DNA of 64,000 nt from Candidatus Latescibacterota bacterium (lineage in GTDB: Bacteria > Latescibacterota > UBA2968), in NCBI GenBank assembly GCA_965208125.1, contig OZ242320.1:4224001-4288000 (forward strand), in the 5' to 3' direction. Under the pieces are notes generated by a model, which worked only from the letters and a program-made list of their open reading frames with translations, had not been told where the DNA came from and did not search any database. Made by a program: the position numbers and the translations under genes. Of this stretch, positions 40,681 through 50,039 are shown in pieces; position 1 is the stretch's first letter, and each line of letters opens with the position of its first letter.

Positions 40681-42066
40681 TTAGCTCCCATCGACTTCCT
40701 CAGACCAGGCCGCGTACAGATCCTTCAGGCGCTCAACGACCTTGGGATGCTGATCAAGATCTTGACTCTCGGAGGGATCTTCCTTCAGGTTAAACAGGCA
40801 GGTATTCTGGAGAAGCTCTGTGCGTTCAACGATCCCATCGCAGGACGGCTCTTGACCTCTCCTGCCACCTTTATGCAATAGTTTCCAATCACCAGAGCGC
40901 ACGGCATAACTGTCGCCCCAGCGCCAGAAGAGGTCTCGCTTGTCTGCGATTTTTGTGACATCTTTTGGGATGGGTTGACCGTCCAATCCTTCGGGCAGTT
41001 CGATGCCTGCCGCCTGTAAACAGGTCGGAAGAATATCGAGCGTTGAGATCGTCCTGTCACAGATCGTTCCAGACGCCGACTCATTTGGACGGGCGAGGAT
41101 AAATGGCACGCGAATCCCGCCCTCCCAGAGCGTAAACTTGCTCCCGGCAAGCGGCAGGTTGCAGGCACCGGTGTTCGGTGCGCCTCCGTTGTCTGAAAAC
41201 ATGATCACGATGGTGTTGTCGGCAAGCGATAGCTGATCCAACGTGTCCAGAAGGCGACCGATATTGTTGTCGAGGCAGTTGAGGTTCGCCAGATAGTATC
41301 TGCGAAACTCGTCGGCATTGATCTCGCCGAGGGTGACATACCTTTTGAACCAGTCCTCATACCCGCCCATGGTCTCCGGATCGTAGTTTGGGATCTCCCT
41401 TACGCCGTGCTTGTCGAGGTATCGCTTTGGCACCTGGTGAATCAGGTGATGCACGGAGTTGTAAGAGAGTGTTACAAAGAAAGGTTCTTCCTGATGGCCT
41501 TCGAGAAAATCGATTGTCGCATCGGTGAAGATCTCCGTCAGATAACCTTCTCCAAATTCTTTGTAACCCTGGTTGTGCATAAGCGGTCCAACAACCGCGC
41601 TGTGCCCTTTTGGATCGGGCGTGCGATCTTCGATATCTCTGGTGAGCAGAAAATAGTCGTGGCCGTGTGCCGAAAAACCGAGAAACTCGTCATAGCCGTG
41701 GTTCAGCGGGTATTCGTGAGCTTCGTGATCGTGAAAGCCCAGGCCGTAGTCATTCTTGCCAAAGCGCGCTGTGGTATAGCCGTTAGCCTTCATGATTTCG
41801 GCGATGTTCTTTTCTGTTTCTGGATGTCCGCATAAAAAGGAGGATTTCGGATCCCAGCGCACCTGGTGCCGTCCCGTATTCCATCCAGCACGCGAAGGGC
41901 TGCATACGGGAGCTGTCACATAGGCCTGTGAAAAGAGAACGCCGCGCTCAGCGAGCCGGTCCATGTTTGGCGTTTGCACGTCCGGCGCATGATGATTGAA
42001 TGCGGTCAGATCGCCGTAGCCCTGATCGTCTGTAACAATGATGAGAAAATTTGGTTTTGTGCCCAT
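40681..42066 (-). CDS. Sulfatase (arylsulfatase-like)
   Basis: VTDDQGYGD, CSPSR, SDNGG. Confidence 0.93.
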   Translation of the reverse strand: MGTKPNFLIIVTDDQGYGDLTAFNHHAPDVQTPNMDRLAERGVLFSQAYVTAPVCSPSRAGWNTGRHQVRWDPKSSFLCGHPETEKNIAEIMKANGYTTARFGKNDYGLGFHDHEAHEYPLNHGYDEFLGFSAHGHDYFLLTRDIEDRTPDPKGHSAVVGPLMHNQGYKEFGEGYLTEIFTDATIDFLEGHQEEPFFVTLSYNSVHHLIHQVPKRYLDKHGVREIPNYDPETMGGYEDWFKRYVTLGEINADEFRRYYLANLNCLDNNIGRLLDTLDQLSLADNTIVIMFSDNGGAPNTGACNLPLAGSKFTLWEGGIRVPFILARPNESASGTICDRTISTLDILPTCLQAAGIELPEGLDGQPIPKDVTKIADKRDLFWRWGDSYAVRSGDWKLLHKGGRRGQEPSCDGIVERTELLQNTCLFNLKEDPSESQDLDQHPKVVERLKDLYAAWSEEVDGS

Positions 42067-42167
42067 AATGATCTACCCGGTAATCTTGAACCGGTTGTCG
42101 ATTTTCCCAGATAGCCGGTTTTTATTTCGTTTGAAACGCCTGGGTTTTTACCAGAATGTGGAAGAAC

Positions 42168-43646
42168 TCACGCAAACCCGCCGAGAAGCTGCTCTCTGGT
42201 CATTACCTTGATTGGTGGCAGGTTATCGACCATTCCCGCGTCCGTGCGTCGAAGCTCATCAATGGTTCCTTGCCGCAATTGGGCGAGCAACTCGTGGTAA
42301 TCGGATTCCAAAGCGAGGTTTTCCAGTTCCTCGGGGTCATTCTCGAGATCGTACATCTCTTCGATCTCCCCGGGGACGAGCCAGCGGATATATTTGTACT
42401 TTCCCGTGCACAGAGATACCCACCAGGGGATAGGAGGATTGCCTATTGGCTCGCCACAGCCGACATCGGTGTCTTCTCCAAAATAATGACCCGTACACTC
42501 CATCAGCAGCGGGCGATCCCATTCGGCGTTGGGATCGGAGAGCAATGGTGTCAGGTCCTCCCCGTGCATCTTCCAGGGTTGTTCCATGCCGATCAACGAG
42601 AGAAAGGTAGGCGGGATATCCTGGCCACCGATTGGCACATCGCATACTGTGCCTGCGGGAATCCGTCCCGGCAGCCGCATGATCATCGGTGCTTTGATAT
42701 TGGCATCATAGGGCGCCACCTTGAGTCGAAAGCCGTGCTGTCCCCAGGCAAATCCCTGGTCCGACGTAAAGACGACCAGGGTATCATCTAATTGCCCCAT
42801 CTCCTCTATGGCGCCGATCACCCTGCCAACCCCTTCATCCAGGGCGCGCACGCCCCGGTTGTATTGTTGTTCCCAATCGGTGAGGGTCCGTCCATCCCGG
42901 ATGCCTACCGGTTGGCCGTGATCTCCCTCGCGCCAAACACCATAGTCCCGCATATGTGTCGCCTTGGTCGGGCGCGGCGGATAGATGTCTTCTGGCGTGG
43001 GGACCTGGGAAACATCTGGATAATCCTGGAGATGGCGGTCAGCCACTTTCCAGGGGCCGTGTACTGCGTCATAGCACAGCCAGAGGTGCCAGGGCTTATC
43101 CGGTTCTTCTGCCCGTCCACGGAGAAATTCAAGTGCATACTCCGTGTAGTTATCGGTAGAATAGCCGCCAACCGGTTCCGGCGGCCCCCCGTTGATGCTC
43201 ATATTCTGATTGACATAGTAGGGCCCGTATTTCTCGGGTTGGCTGTGGTCCCAGATGGCAGAAAAATCCCAGTACCGACCGTGACCATGATCGGGACCTG
43301 TGTGCCATTTGCCGACGATGCCTGTGTACCAACCGTTCTCACGGAGATTCTCGAGCCAGTACGGACACTGGTCTGGATCGCGGACATAGTTTGGGTAGCT
43401 CGTGGGCAGGTGCATGCTCATCACGCCATGCGGCAATTTTCCGGTCAGGTACGTGGCGCGTGAAGGCGCACACCAGGCACTGGTATAGCAGTTGGAAAAA
43501 CGCATCCCCTCATGGGCGAGACGATCAATGTTTGGCGTACTGATCCACGAATGCGCCTCGGGATAGCAACTCACAGACCGAAAGCTCTGATCGTCGGTGA
43601 AGATGTATAAAATGTTGCTCGGATGGTTCGATTGATCATGGTTCAT
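42168..43646 (-). CDS. Sulfatase
   Basis: IFTDDQ, CAPSR, GKWH, SDQG. Confidence 0.93.
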   Translation of the reverse strand: MNHDQSNHPSNILYIFTDDQSFRSVSCYPEAHSWISTPNIDRLAHEGMRFSNCYTSAWCAPSRATYLTGKLPHGVMSMHLPTSYPNYVRDPDQCPYWLENLRENGWYTGIVGKWHTGPDHGHGRYWDFSAIWDHSQPEKYGPYYVNQNMSINGGPPEPVGGYSTDNYTEYALEFLRGRAEEPDKPWHLWLCYDAVHGPWKVADRHLQDYPDVSQVPTPEDIYPPRPTKATHMRDYGVWREGDHGQPVGIRDGRTLTDWEQQYNRGVRALDEGVGRVIGAIEEMGQLDDTLVVFTSDQGFAWGQHGFRLKVAPYDANIKAPMIMRLPGRIPAGTVCDVPIGGQDIPPTFLSLIGMEQPWKMHGEDLTPLLSDPNAEWDRPLLMECTGHYFGEDTDVGCGEPIGNPPIPWWVSLCTGKYKYIRWLVPGEIEEMYDLENDPEELENLALESDYHELLAQLRQGTIDELRRTDAGMVDNLPPIKVMTREQLLGGFA

Positions 43647-43691
43647 TTGTTTGTTCTCCTGTCTTTTAAATTGGGTCGAAAATCCATCAGC

Positions 43692-45161
43692 TCAGCGTTT
43701 CACCTGGGTATAGGGGCTTGAAATATACTGCTTGTAGCCGTTAACCTCTCGTCCATGATTGCTGAAGAAATCGATCTGGGAAAACCCATCCTTTAACGGT
43801 ATGGTTGCAGTCCAGGCACCAGTCTTTGCATCGCGTTCCATATCCATCCATTGGTCTGCGGGGATTTGCTCGTGCAAGAAGGGGGCGGAACCTGCCGGAG
43901 CGCGATCATAGATCCACCATATGCGTCCGTTTATCGGCTGAGGTCCTTCATTAAAACGCACGCTGACACTTAGTTTGTCCTTGGAGATTTTATAATTTGA
44001 CTTCGGAGGCTGTAGCAAAGGCTCGCCACCAAAGAAGTGATGCCAGAGGAAGGCGTCTTTATTCTGTTCGTCCTTTGCAGCAGCGACATGCGGCGTTTGC
44101 GAGTGCCCACCGTTAGGTTCGTAATAGACTGGCAACTGGGGATGGTTTTGCGCTCCCCAGAGAATATCGTAGGCGACATAGTCATGCGTTCCCGGCTGAA
44201 AAAGAATATCAACGCCGCGCTCCATCAGACGATCCCAATTCTCCGTAACGCTCACCCCGGGCCGTAAGCGATCCGCAAAGCTTTGCATATCGTCCAGGGA
44301 TTTCCCCATTTTCAGCGCCATCTTACCCATACTGCGCTCAGATCCCACCATAACGCCTTGATACCATTTGGCGCGTTTTGGATCCAGGTCGATATCGCCG
44401 GCCTTTACAGCCTCAAAGAATGCTTTGTTTGCCTCTTCAGCTTTCGCCGTTGCTTCCCTGTCGGCTCTTCGAGTCGGCGAAAAGTAAGCAAACGCATGGT
44501 TGGAGCATGTCGCGGTAAAACGCTCGTCATGTATCAAGGCGACCGCAGGCGACATGCCGTTCTTGGAGCTGCCCGAACCGGCCACTTTGCCTTTTTCGAA
44601 GTAGTCGGTTTCCGCATACGCCGCGGTGGTTGCCCGCATTAAGGTCATCGACCAAATCCAGAGAGTCGTGTATCGAGGATTCAGGTCTTTCATGAACCTG
44701 CGCATCATTTTTTGCTCCAAACCCTGTTTCCCCGGAATCTGCCTAAACGCCTTGACGTGCGTCTTAACGAGGCCAACGCCACCTGCCAGCAGTTTTGCCT
44801 GAAAGTCGGTTGGGCGCGAGTCTTTCATCAACGTCTCATAGGGATTGGCTCCCGTAATGCTAAAGCCCTTCGCCTTGCCTTCGAGCGGCACAATCATACG
44901 CACCGGGATCCGATAATCTTGTCCCGGCCACCATTCGGCGACGTTGATTTCGATGAGCTTCTGTCGCGTCGTGCCTATCACCTCATCTACATGCCAGTCC
45001 TTCAACGTCTTTATATCCAGCGTGCTTTCGTCAAGAATCTCTTCAATATTGAACATGTCGCAATTCATACCAGAATCCTTCTCAGAATCGGCAGCAAACG
45101 CTACGGAAATCGCAAAAGTCGCGAGAATAACCAGCGATGCCATTATTCTAATTCTATCCAT
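43692..45161 (-). CDS. Secreted PqaA-like alpha/beta hydrolase, copy 1
   Basis: Signal peptide (AFA), GSSKNG elbow, GTHD, NGGH. Confidence 0.7.
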   Translation of the reverse strand: MDRIRIMASLVILATFAISVAFAADSEKDSGMNCDMFNIEEILDESTLDIKTLKDWHVDEVIGTTRQKLIEINVAEWWPGQDYRIPVRMIVPLEGKAKGFSITGANPYETLMKDSRPTDFQAKLLAGGVGLVKTHVKAFRQIPGKQGLEQKMMRRFMKDLNPRYTTLWIWSMTLMRATTAAYAETDYFEKGKVAGSGSSKNGMSPAVALIHDERFTATCSNHAFAYFSPTRRADREATAKAEEANKAFFEAVKAGDIDLDPKRAKWYQGVMVGSERSMGKMALKMGKSLDDMQSFADRLRPGVSVTENWDRLMERGVDILFQPGTHDYVAYDILWGAQNHPQLPVYYEPNGGHSQTPHVAAAKDEQNKDAFLWHHFFGGEPLLQPPKSNYKISKDKLSVSVRFNEGPQPINGRIWWIYDRAPAGSAPFLHEQIPADQWMDMERDAKTGAWTATIPLKDGFSQIDFFSNHGREVNGYKQYISSPYTQVKR

Positions 45162-45173
45162 TGCCTTCTCCTT
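45003..45173. repeat. 171-bp direct repeat with 49862..50032
   Basis: 2 mismatches by manual alignment; covers the RBS and first ~53 codons of the duplicated hydrolase. Confidence 0.9.
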
Positions 45174-45223
45174 TGCAGATTTGGTGTGGCTCGCTAAGAC
45201 CTATTTTGGTTCCAGGCTGTCTC

Positions 45224-45256
45224 TTAGACAACCGGCCTGATTTCAGGTGCTCCGTC
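45224..45256 (-). pseudogene. 3' remnant of a PhyH gene (DGAPEIRPVV*)
   Basis: Matches NGAPEIRPVV* ending 54885..55739; 24 nt identical to 50867..50890. Confidence 0.88.
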
Positions 45257-46337
45257 TCGCCGATGGCCTCGATGCGAAAGAAGCTGCAACCGTGCGAACA
45301 GCCTCGCTCCAATCATCCCAAAGCCCCGGACCTTCCGGGCGAGGCTCTGGCGGGGGAACTTCTGGCCCAAGTTCAAGTTCGTGGAGTTTTCTCACGTTGG
45401 GCGGTGGCGATGGTCGTGGCCCTTTGACATAACGGCCGTTATATACTCTGTCATATACAGATTTTTTGTAAGCATCATAAAGAATCATCTGTCGAATCTG
45501 CGGAGGATTGCTGTAGTTCCGCGTTGCCGAGTGGAACATTCGCCCGTGCCACAAAACCACATCGCCCTCGTCACCAAAAAACTCAAAGGGTTCAATGTCG
45601 GCGAGTGCGTCCTTGAGTCCTGCAGGCTGCGGCAAAACAAATGCCGCAGCGCCGCTTTCCGGATGGGGCGAATGTAGAATTGAATAGCGGGCAAGATCTA
45701 CAGAGTCCGGCTCTGCTTCGTAGAGCAAGCGGTGACTGCCGGGAAAAAGGGCGATGCCACCTCCACCCCTGGGAACCTGATCAACGTATGCGCTTGCCAC
45801 CAGATGCACCGGCTCGGGATCAATGTGTGCACCGGCACGGACGGCATCCGCCAGAGCAGGTGAGTCGCCAGGACGCTCTCTCGGCAGCACGCAATACATA
45901 CCGCGCAACTCCTTGCCACCCCAGACTGGCCAACCACGCAACCGACTTCCACGCGGATCTGGATCGGCCGCGGAGGAAGTTACCTCTGGTGTCACAACTT
46001 CACCTTCGCCGAGAAGTTGCTCAAACCACGGGAATACACGGCGTGGAAGCAAGTTGATTAAGTCCTCGTCGCCAGAGAGTTCACGCAATCGCCAGCCGTG
46101 GTCACCGGTGCGATCATTCATGCCATCAGGCGTGCTTTGACGATCTGCCTCCGGAAGACCGTTTAGCCAGGTTTGAGGATCGTCTCGGCGCAAATGACTT
46201 GAGGTGTTTCCCGCCCACAGCCTGTCCCGCGCTGCAGCACAAAGTTTGGGGTCGAGAATATTTCGTTTAACGAGGAATCCGTTCGTAATAAATTGTTGGA
46301 TCTCTTCTGTACTCAGTGCTGCCAATGCTGTATTCAT
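45243..46337 (-). CDS. PhyH-family dioxygenase
   Basis: FITNGFLV, HID, FPGSH, GDVVLWH..FHSA; its stop codon lies inside the remnant at 45224..45256. Confidence 0.85.
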   Translation of the reverse strand: MNTALAALSTEEIQQFITNGFLVKRNILDPKLCAAARDRLWAGNTSSHLRRDDPQTWLNGLPEADRQSTPDGMNDRTGDHGWRLRELSGDEDLINLLPRRVFPWFEQLLGEGEVVTPEVTSSAADPDPRGSRLRGWPVWGGKELRGMYCVLPRERPGDSPALADAVRAGAHIDPEPVHLVASAYVDQVPRGGGGIALFPGSHRLLYEAEPDSVDLARYSILHSPHPESGAAAFVLPQPAGLKDALADIEPFEFFGDEGDVVLWHGRMFHSATRNYSNPPQIRQMILYDAYKKSVYDRVYNGRYVKGPRPSPPPNVRKLHELELGPEVPPPEPRPEGPGLWDDWSEAVRTVAASFASRPSARRST

Positions 46338-46354
46338 GGAAATAACCCTTCTTT

Positions 46355-46401
46355 CTTCAATACTGAACCATTGTACGGACTTCAATACCGAACCATTGTA
46401 C
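46355..46401. repeat. Tandem 22-bp direct repeat, period 25
   Basis: CTTCAATACTGAACCATTGTAC / CTTCAATACCGAACCATTGTAC. Confidence 0.85.
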
Positions 46402-46604
46402 AAAAAAAAGAGTTGGATTTCAACAATTCTTAAAAGACAGGTACTTACGGAAGGCGATATATGTTATTGGGATTTTGCTCGAAAATCACCCTGAACAAAT
46501 TCGCTTGCTTCATGTCTGTCTCTTTTTGTAGTATGCATCCGAATCCTGCCCCTGGACACCAGCAGTAGTTTTGGTGATTTCAAATACATTGAGGAGGAAG
46601 AAAA

Positions 46605-48167
46605 ATGAAAGCAAGACCATTCAAAGGTGCGAAGATAGGCAGGGCTCTGACCATTGCATTGCTATTGGCTTTGACCGCGGGCAACGTCGCGGCCCAAAGC
46701 CCCACCGAGCTGCCGGCCAAAGATTTGAGCACGATTGATTTGTCAAAATCGGAAGGTGCTAAATACTTTCTCATAGTAAAGGCTTATGCCGATTATATGA
46801 TTATCCACGGGCGCGACCGTTACGGAAGAGAACATTCGCCCCTTTTTGCCACAACGCTTAACCGGGAAACCGGAAATGTATATCGCGAAAATCCTCCCGA
46901 TGCACCCAAAGGTATCCGCAATGGCGATCGCACTTGGCGTGGTTCAAATACGTCAAAAGATAATGGTTTATACAGCATACTTTATCATTTGACAGAAATC
47001 ACCGGAGATGACAAGTATGCACGGGAAGCGGATAAAGCAATCAAATGGTTTTTTGCCAACTGCCAAAGTCCTGAAACGGGATTTATGGCCTGGGGAGAAC
47101 ACATCGGTTGGGATTTTTTTACAGAGGCGCCTATTAAAATGGGTACTCGATCTTTGACACACGAGTACAAAATTTTCAATTATTGGGACAAGGTGTGGGA
47201 ATTTAATCCGGAAGCTGCTGAAAAGTTTGCACTGGGATTATGGGAACACCAGATTTATGCGCACGAAGGACCAGAAGCGGGCGAGTTTAGCCGACATGCC
47301 AGTTATGACACGCATAGTCCTGGAAAAGGAAGAGCTTTTCCCGCACATGGCGGCAATTATATCTATGTTTGGACAAAAGCATATCGGGAAACTGGCAAAG
47401 AAGTTTTTTTAACCGCCATTGAAACCGTATTGAATTATTATGAGCGAAATACAACCGATAAAGGTGCGATCTTATATGCATCAGATTTTCCTGAGCAATA
47501 TTCTTTGAAACAAAGTATGAATCTGGCATCCAATCTTTATCGCGCAAAGGATTTTATGCCCGCAGACCTTGCAAATAGGATGAAGAAATTGTCAGAAGGA
47601 ACAGATTCTTTGTATTTAAGTTTTGATCACGATCCGTCAAAAGGCGGAAAAGGATTTCTTGAATCCGCCAATCTTATGACCCTTGTACCGGGGAATTTTC
47701 GGAGGTCAAGTACTGGAACGGATGCCTGGACTGAAATGTGGTCGGCTGGTTATGGGGTGGGATCGGGAAGTACCGAGCAGGCAAACAAATGTTATGCGCG
47801 GTATAAACTAACAGGTATTGAAGGCTATAGAATCCTTTTTATGAAAGCGGTGAATGCCTATTACAACGAAGATCCTCCGCCGTCAGCAGTACTTTATCCC
47901 AGCAATTATTCCAGCATATTTAATATGATGATGAGTGCGTATGAATTAACAGGGGCAGAACGTTTTTTAAGCAAAGCAAAAACGTATATGGACTTATCGG
48001 TAGAAACTTTTCTGAGTGATCAATCCCCTCTGCCAAAAGCATCAAACCAAAGTGAACATTATGAAGCCATAACAGGTGGCCCAGAATTAATGGAAAATGT
48101 GCTGCGTTTATGGATGGTGATGAATCCTCAGGATCGTGCTGGCGAAACTGAAATAGGTGAAAAATAA
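46605..48167 (+). CDS. Secreted alpha/alpha-toroid protein (lyase-like), homologue of 10511..11929
   Basis: GAGGAGG RBS, signal peptide, GRDRYG, WGEH, FSRHA, FPAHGG. Confidence 0.75.
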   Translation: MKARPFKGAKIGRALTIALLLALTAGNVAAQSPTELPAKDLSTIDLSKSEGAKYFLIVKAYADYMIIHGRDRYGREHSPLFATTLNRETGNVYRENPPDAPKGIRNGDRTWRGSNTSKDNGLYSILYHLTEITGDDKYAREADKAIKWFFANCQSPETGFMAWGEHIGWDFFTEAPIKMGTRSLTHEYKIFNYWDKVWEFNPEAAEKFALGLWEHQIYAHEGPEAGEFSRHASYDTHSPGKGRAFPAHGGNYIYVWTKAYRETGKEVFLTAIETVLNYYERNTTDKGAILYASDFPEQYSLKQSMNLASNLYRAKDFMPADLANRMKKLSEGTDSLYLSFDHDPSKGGKGFLESANLMTLVPGNFRRSSTGTDAWTEMWSAGYGVGSGSTEQANKCYARYKLTGIEGYRILFMKAVNAYYNEDPPPSAVLYPSNYSSIFNMMMSAYELTGAERFLSKAKTYMDLSVETFLSDQSPLPKASNQSEHYEAITGGPELMENVLRLWMVMNPQDRAGETEIGEK

Positions 48168-48342
48168 ATACAATTTCAACTTACAGAGAAATAGGGAAGT
48201 GACCATGCAAAAAACTAAAACCACCTGATTGGAGGAGCACAATATGGGACTGGAAGTTTACGATTCAATACGGTGGAATCACATCAGTAAAACCAGTTTT
48301 TTCATTTGGAGAAAATCAATCAGTCAGGAGTCTAACAGATGA

Positions 48343-48468
48343 ACAATACCAACTGAGCCTGGTTTGGGTATTAGCATCGATGAAGATAAACTCATGGCAC
48401 AGGTTGGCGAACCCCGGCCCCGCAGCACCAGTTACGGTCTCGATGATGGATCGGTTGTAGACTGGTAG
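48343..48468 (+). pseudogene. 3' remnant of a galactonate dehydratase (DgoD)-like enolase-superfamily gene
   Basis: TIPTEPGLGISIDEDKL...DDGSVVDW*; PGLG and terminal DGSVxxW are characteristic of this family. Confidence 0.8.
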
Positions 48469-48535
48469 GATTTGCCATAATTTTTAGGAAAACGAACGCG
48501 CAACCCCAATGATCCCATTTGCTTCACCTCAGCCA

Positions 48536-50020
48536 TCAATGCTGAGATGGCGAAAGTTCCACTCGGGTATAAGGGCATGAAAGATACTGCTTGTAGCCGT
48601 TAACCTCTCGTCCATAATTGCTAAAGAAATCGATCCGAGAAAACCCCTCCTTTAACGGTATGGCTGCCGTCCATACGCCAGTCTTTGCATCATATTCCAT
48701 CTCCATCCATTGGTCTTCGGGGATTTGCTCGTGCAAGAATGGGGCGGAACCTGCCGGAGCGCGGTCGTAGATCCACCATATGCGTCCACTTTTCGGCTGA
48801 GGTCCTTCATTAAAACTCACGCTGACACTTAGTTTGTCCTTGTCGACTTTATGGCTCGACTTCGGAGGCTGTAGCAAGGGCTCGCCGCCAAAGAAGTGAT
48901 GCCAGAGGAAGGCATTGAGATTCTGATTATTTTTTGCTGCCGCGCTATGCGGTGTTTGTCTGTGTCCACCATTGGGTTCGTAATAGACCGGCAACTGAGG
49001 ATGGTTTTGCGCGCCCCAAAGAATGTCAAATGCAACATAGTCATGTGTTCCCGGCTGAAAAAGCATATCGACGCCTCGCTCCGTTAGCCGATCCCAATTC
49101 TCTGTCACACACAATCTGCTAAGAATGCAATCTGCCAGGTTGTGTATTTCGTCCCAGGATCTTCCCGCTTTCAACGCAAGTTCATGCAGACTCCTCTTTC
49201 CTCCCACCATATTGGCTTGATACCAACGCGCGCGTTGTTTGTTTAAATCGACATTGCCTGCCTTGACAGCCTCAAAGAATGCTTTGTTTGCCGCTCGCAC
49301 GTTATCCATCTCTTCCCTGTCAAATCTTCGAGTCGGCGAATAGTAAGCAAAGGCTCTATTGGAACATGTCGCGGTAAAACGCTCGTCATTAATCAAGGCG
49401 GTAGCAGGCGATATGCCGTTCTTGGAGCCGCCTGAGCCGGCCACTTTGCCTTTTTCAAAATGATCGGTTTCCGCATACGCGGCGGTTACAGCCCGCATTA
49501 AAGTCATCGACCAAATCCAGACCGTCGTGTATCGCGGGTTAAGGTCTTTCAGAAACAATTGTCCCACCTCTTGTTCCAGTCCCTGTTTTCCCGGGATCTG
49601 ATTGAACACCTTGACAACAGTCCTGACAATGCCAACGCCATTGGCTAACAGTTTTGCCTGAAAGGCGTTTGGTTTCGAATCTTTCATCAGTGCTTCATAT
49701 GGACTTCCTCCTGTGATATGAAAGCCCTTTGCTTTACCTTCGAGCGGCACAATCATGCGCACTGGAATCCGATAATCTTGTCCAGGCCACCATTCGGCGA
49801 CGTTGATTTCGATTAGCTTCTGTCGCGTCGTGCCTGTCGGCTTGTCCGTGTGCCAATCTTCCAACGTCTTTATATCCAGCGTGCTTTCGTCAAGAATCTC
49901 TTCAATATTGAACATGTCGCAATTCATACCAGAATCCTTCTCGGAATCGGCAGCAAACGCTACGGAAATCGTAAAAGTCGCGAGAATAACCAGCGATGCC
50001 ATTATTCTAATTCTATCCAT
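48536..50020 (-). CDS. Secreted PqaA-like alpha/beta hydrolase, copy 2
   Basis: Colinear paralogue of 43692..45161; GGSKNG. Confidence 0.7.
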   Translation of the reverse strand: MDRIRIMASLVILATFTISVAFAADSEKDSGMNCDMFNIEEILDESTLDIKTLEDWHTDKPTGTTRQKLIEINVAEWWPGQDYRIPVRMIVPLEGKAKGFHITGGSPYEALMKDSKPNAFQAKLLANGVGIVRTVVKVFNQIPGKQGLEQEVGQLFLKDLNPRYTTVWIWSMTLMRAVTAAYAETDHFEKGKVAGSGGSKNGISPATALINDERFTATCSNRAFAYYSPTRRFDREEMDNVRAANKAFFEAVKAGNVDLNKQRARWYQANMVGGKRSLHELALKAGRSWDEIHNLADCILSRLCVTENWDRLTERGVDMLFQPGTHDYVAFDILWGAQNHPQLPVYYEPNGGHRQTPHSAAAKNNQNLNAFLWHHFFGGEPLLQPPKSSHKVDKDKLSVSVSFNEGPQPKSGRIWWIYDRAPAGSAPFLHEQIPEDQWMEMEYDAKTGVWTAAIPLKEGFSRIDFFSNYGREVNGYKQYLSCPYTRVELSPSQH

Positions 50021-50039
50021 TGCCTTCTCCTTGCTGTCT

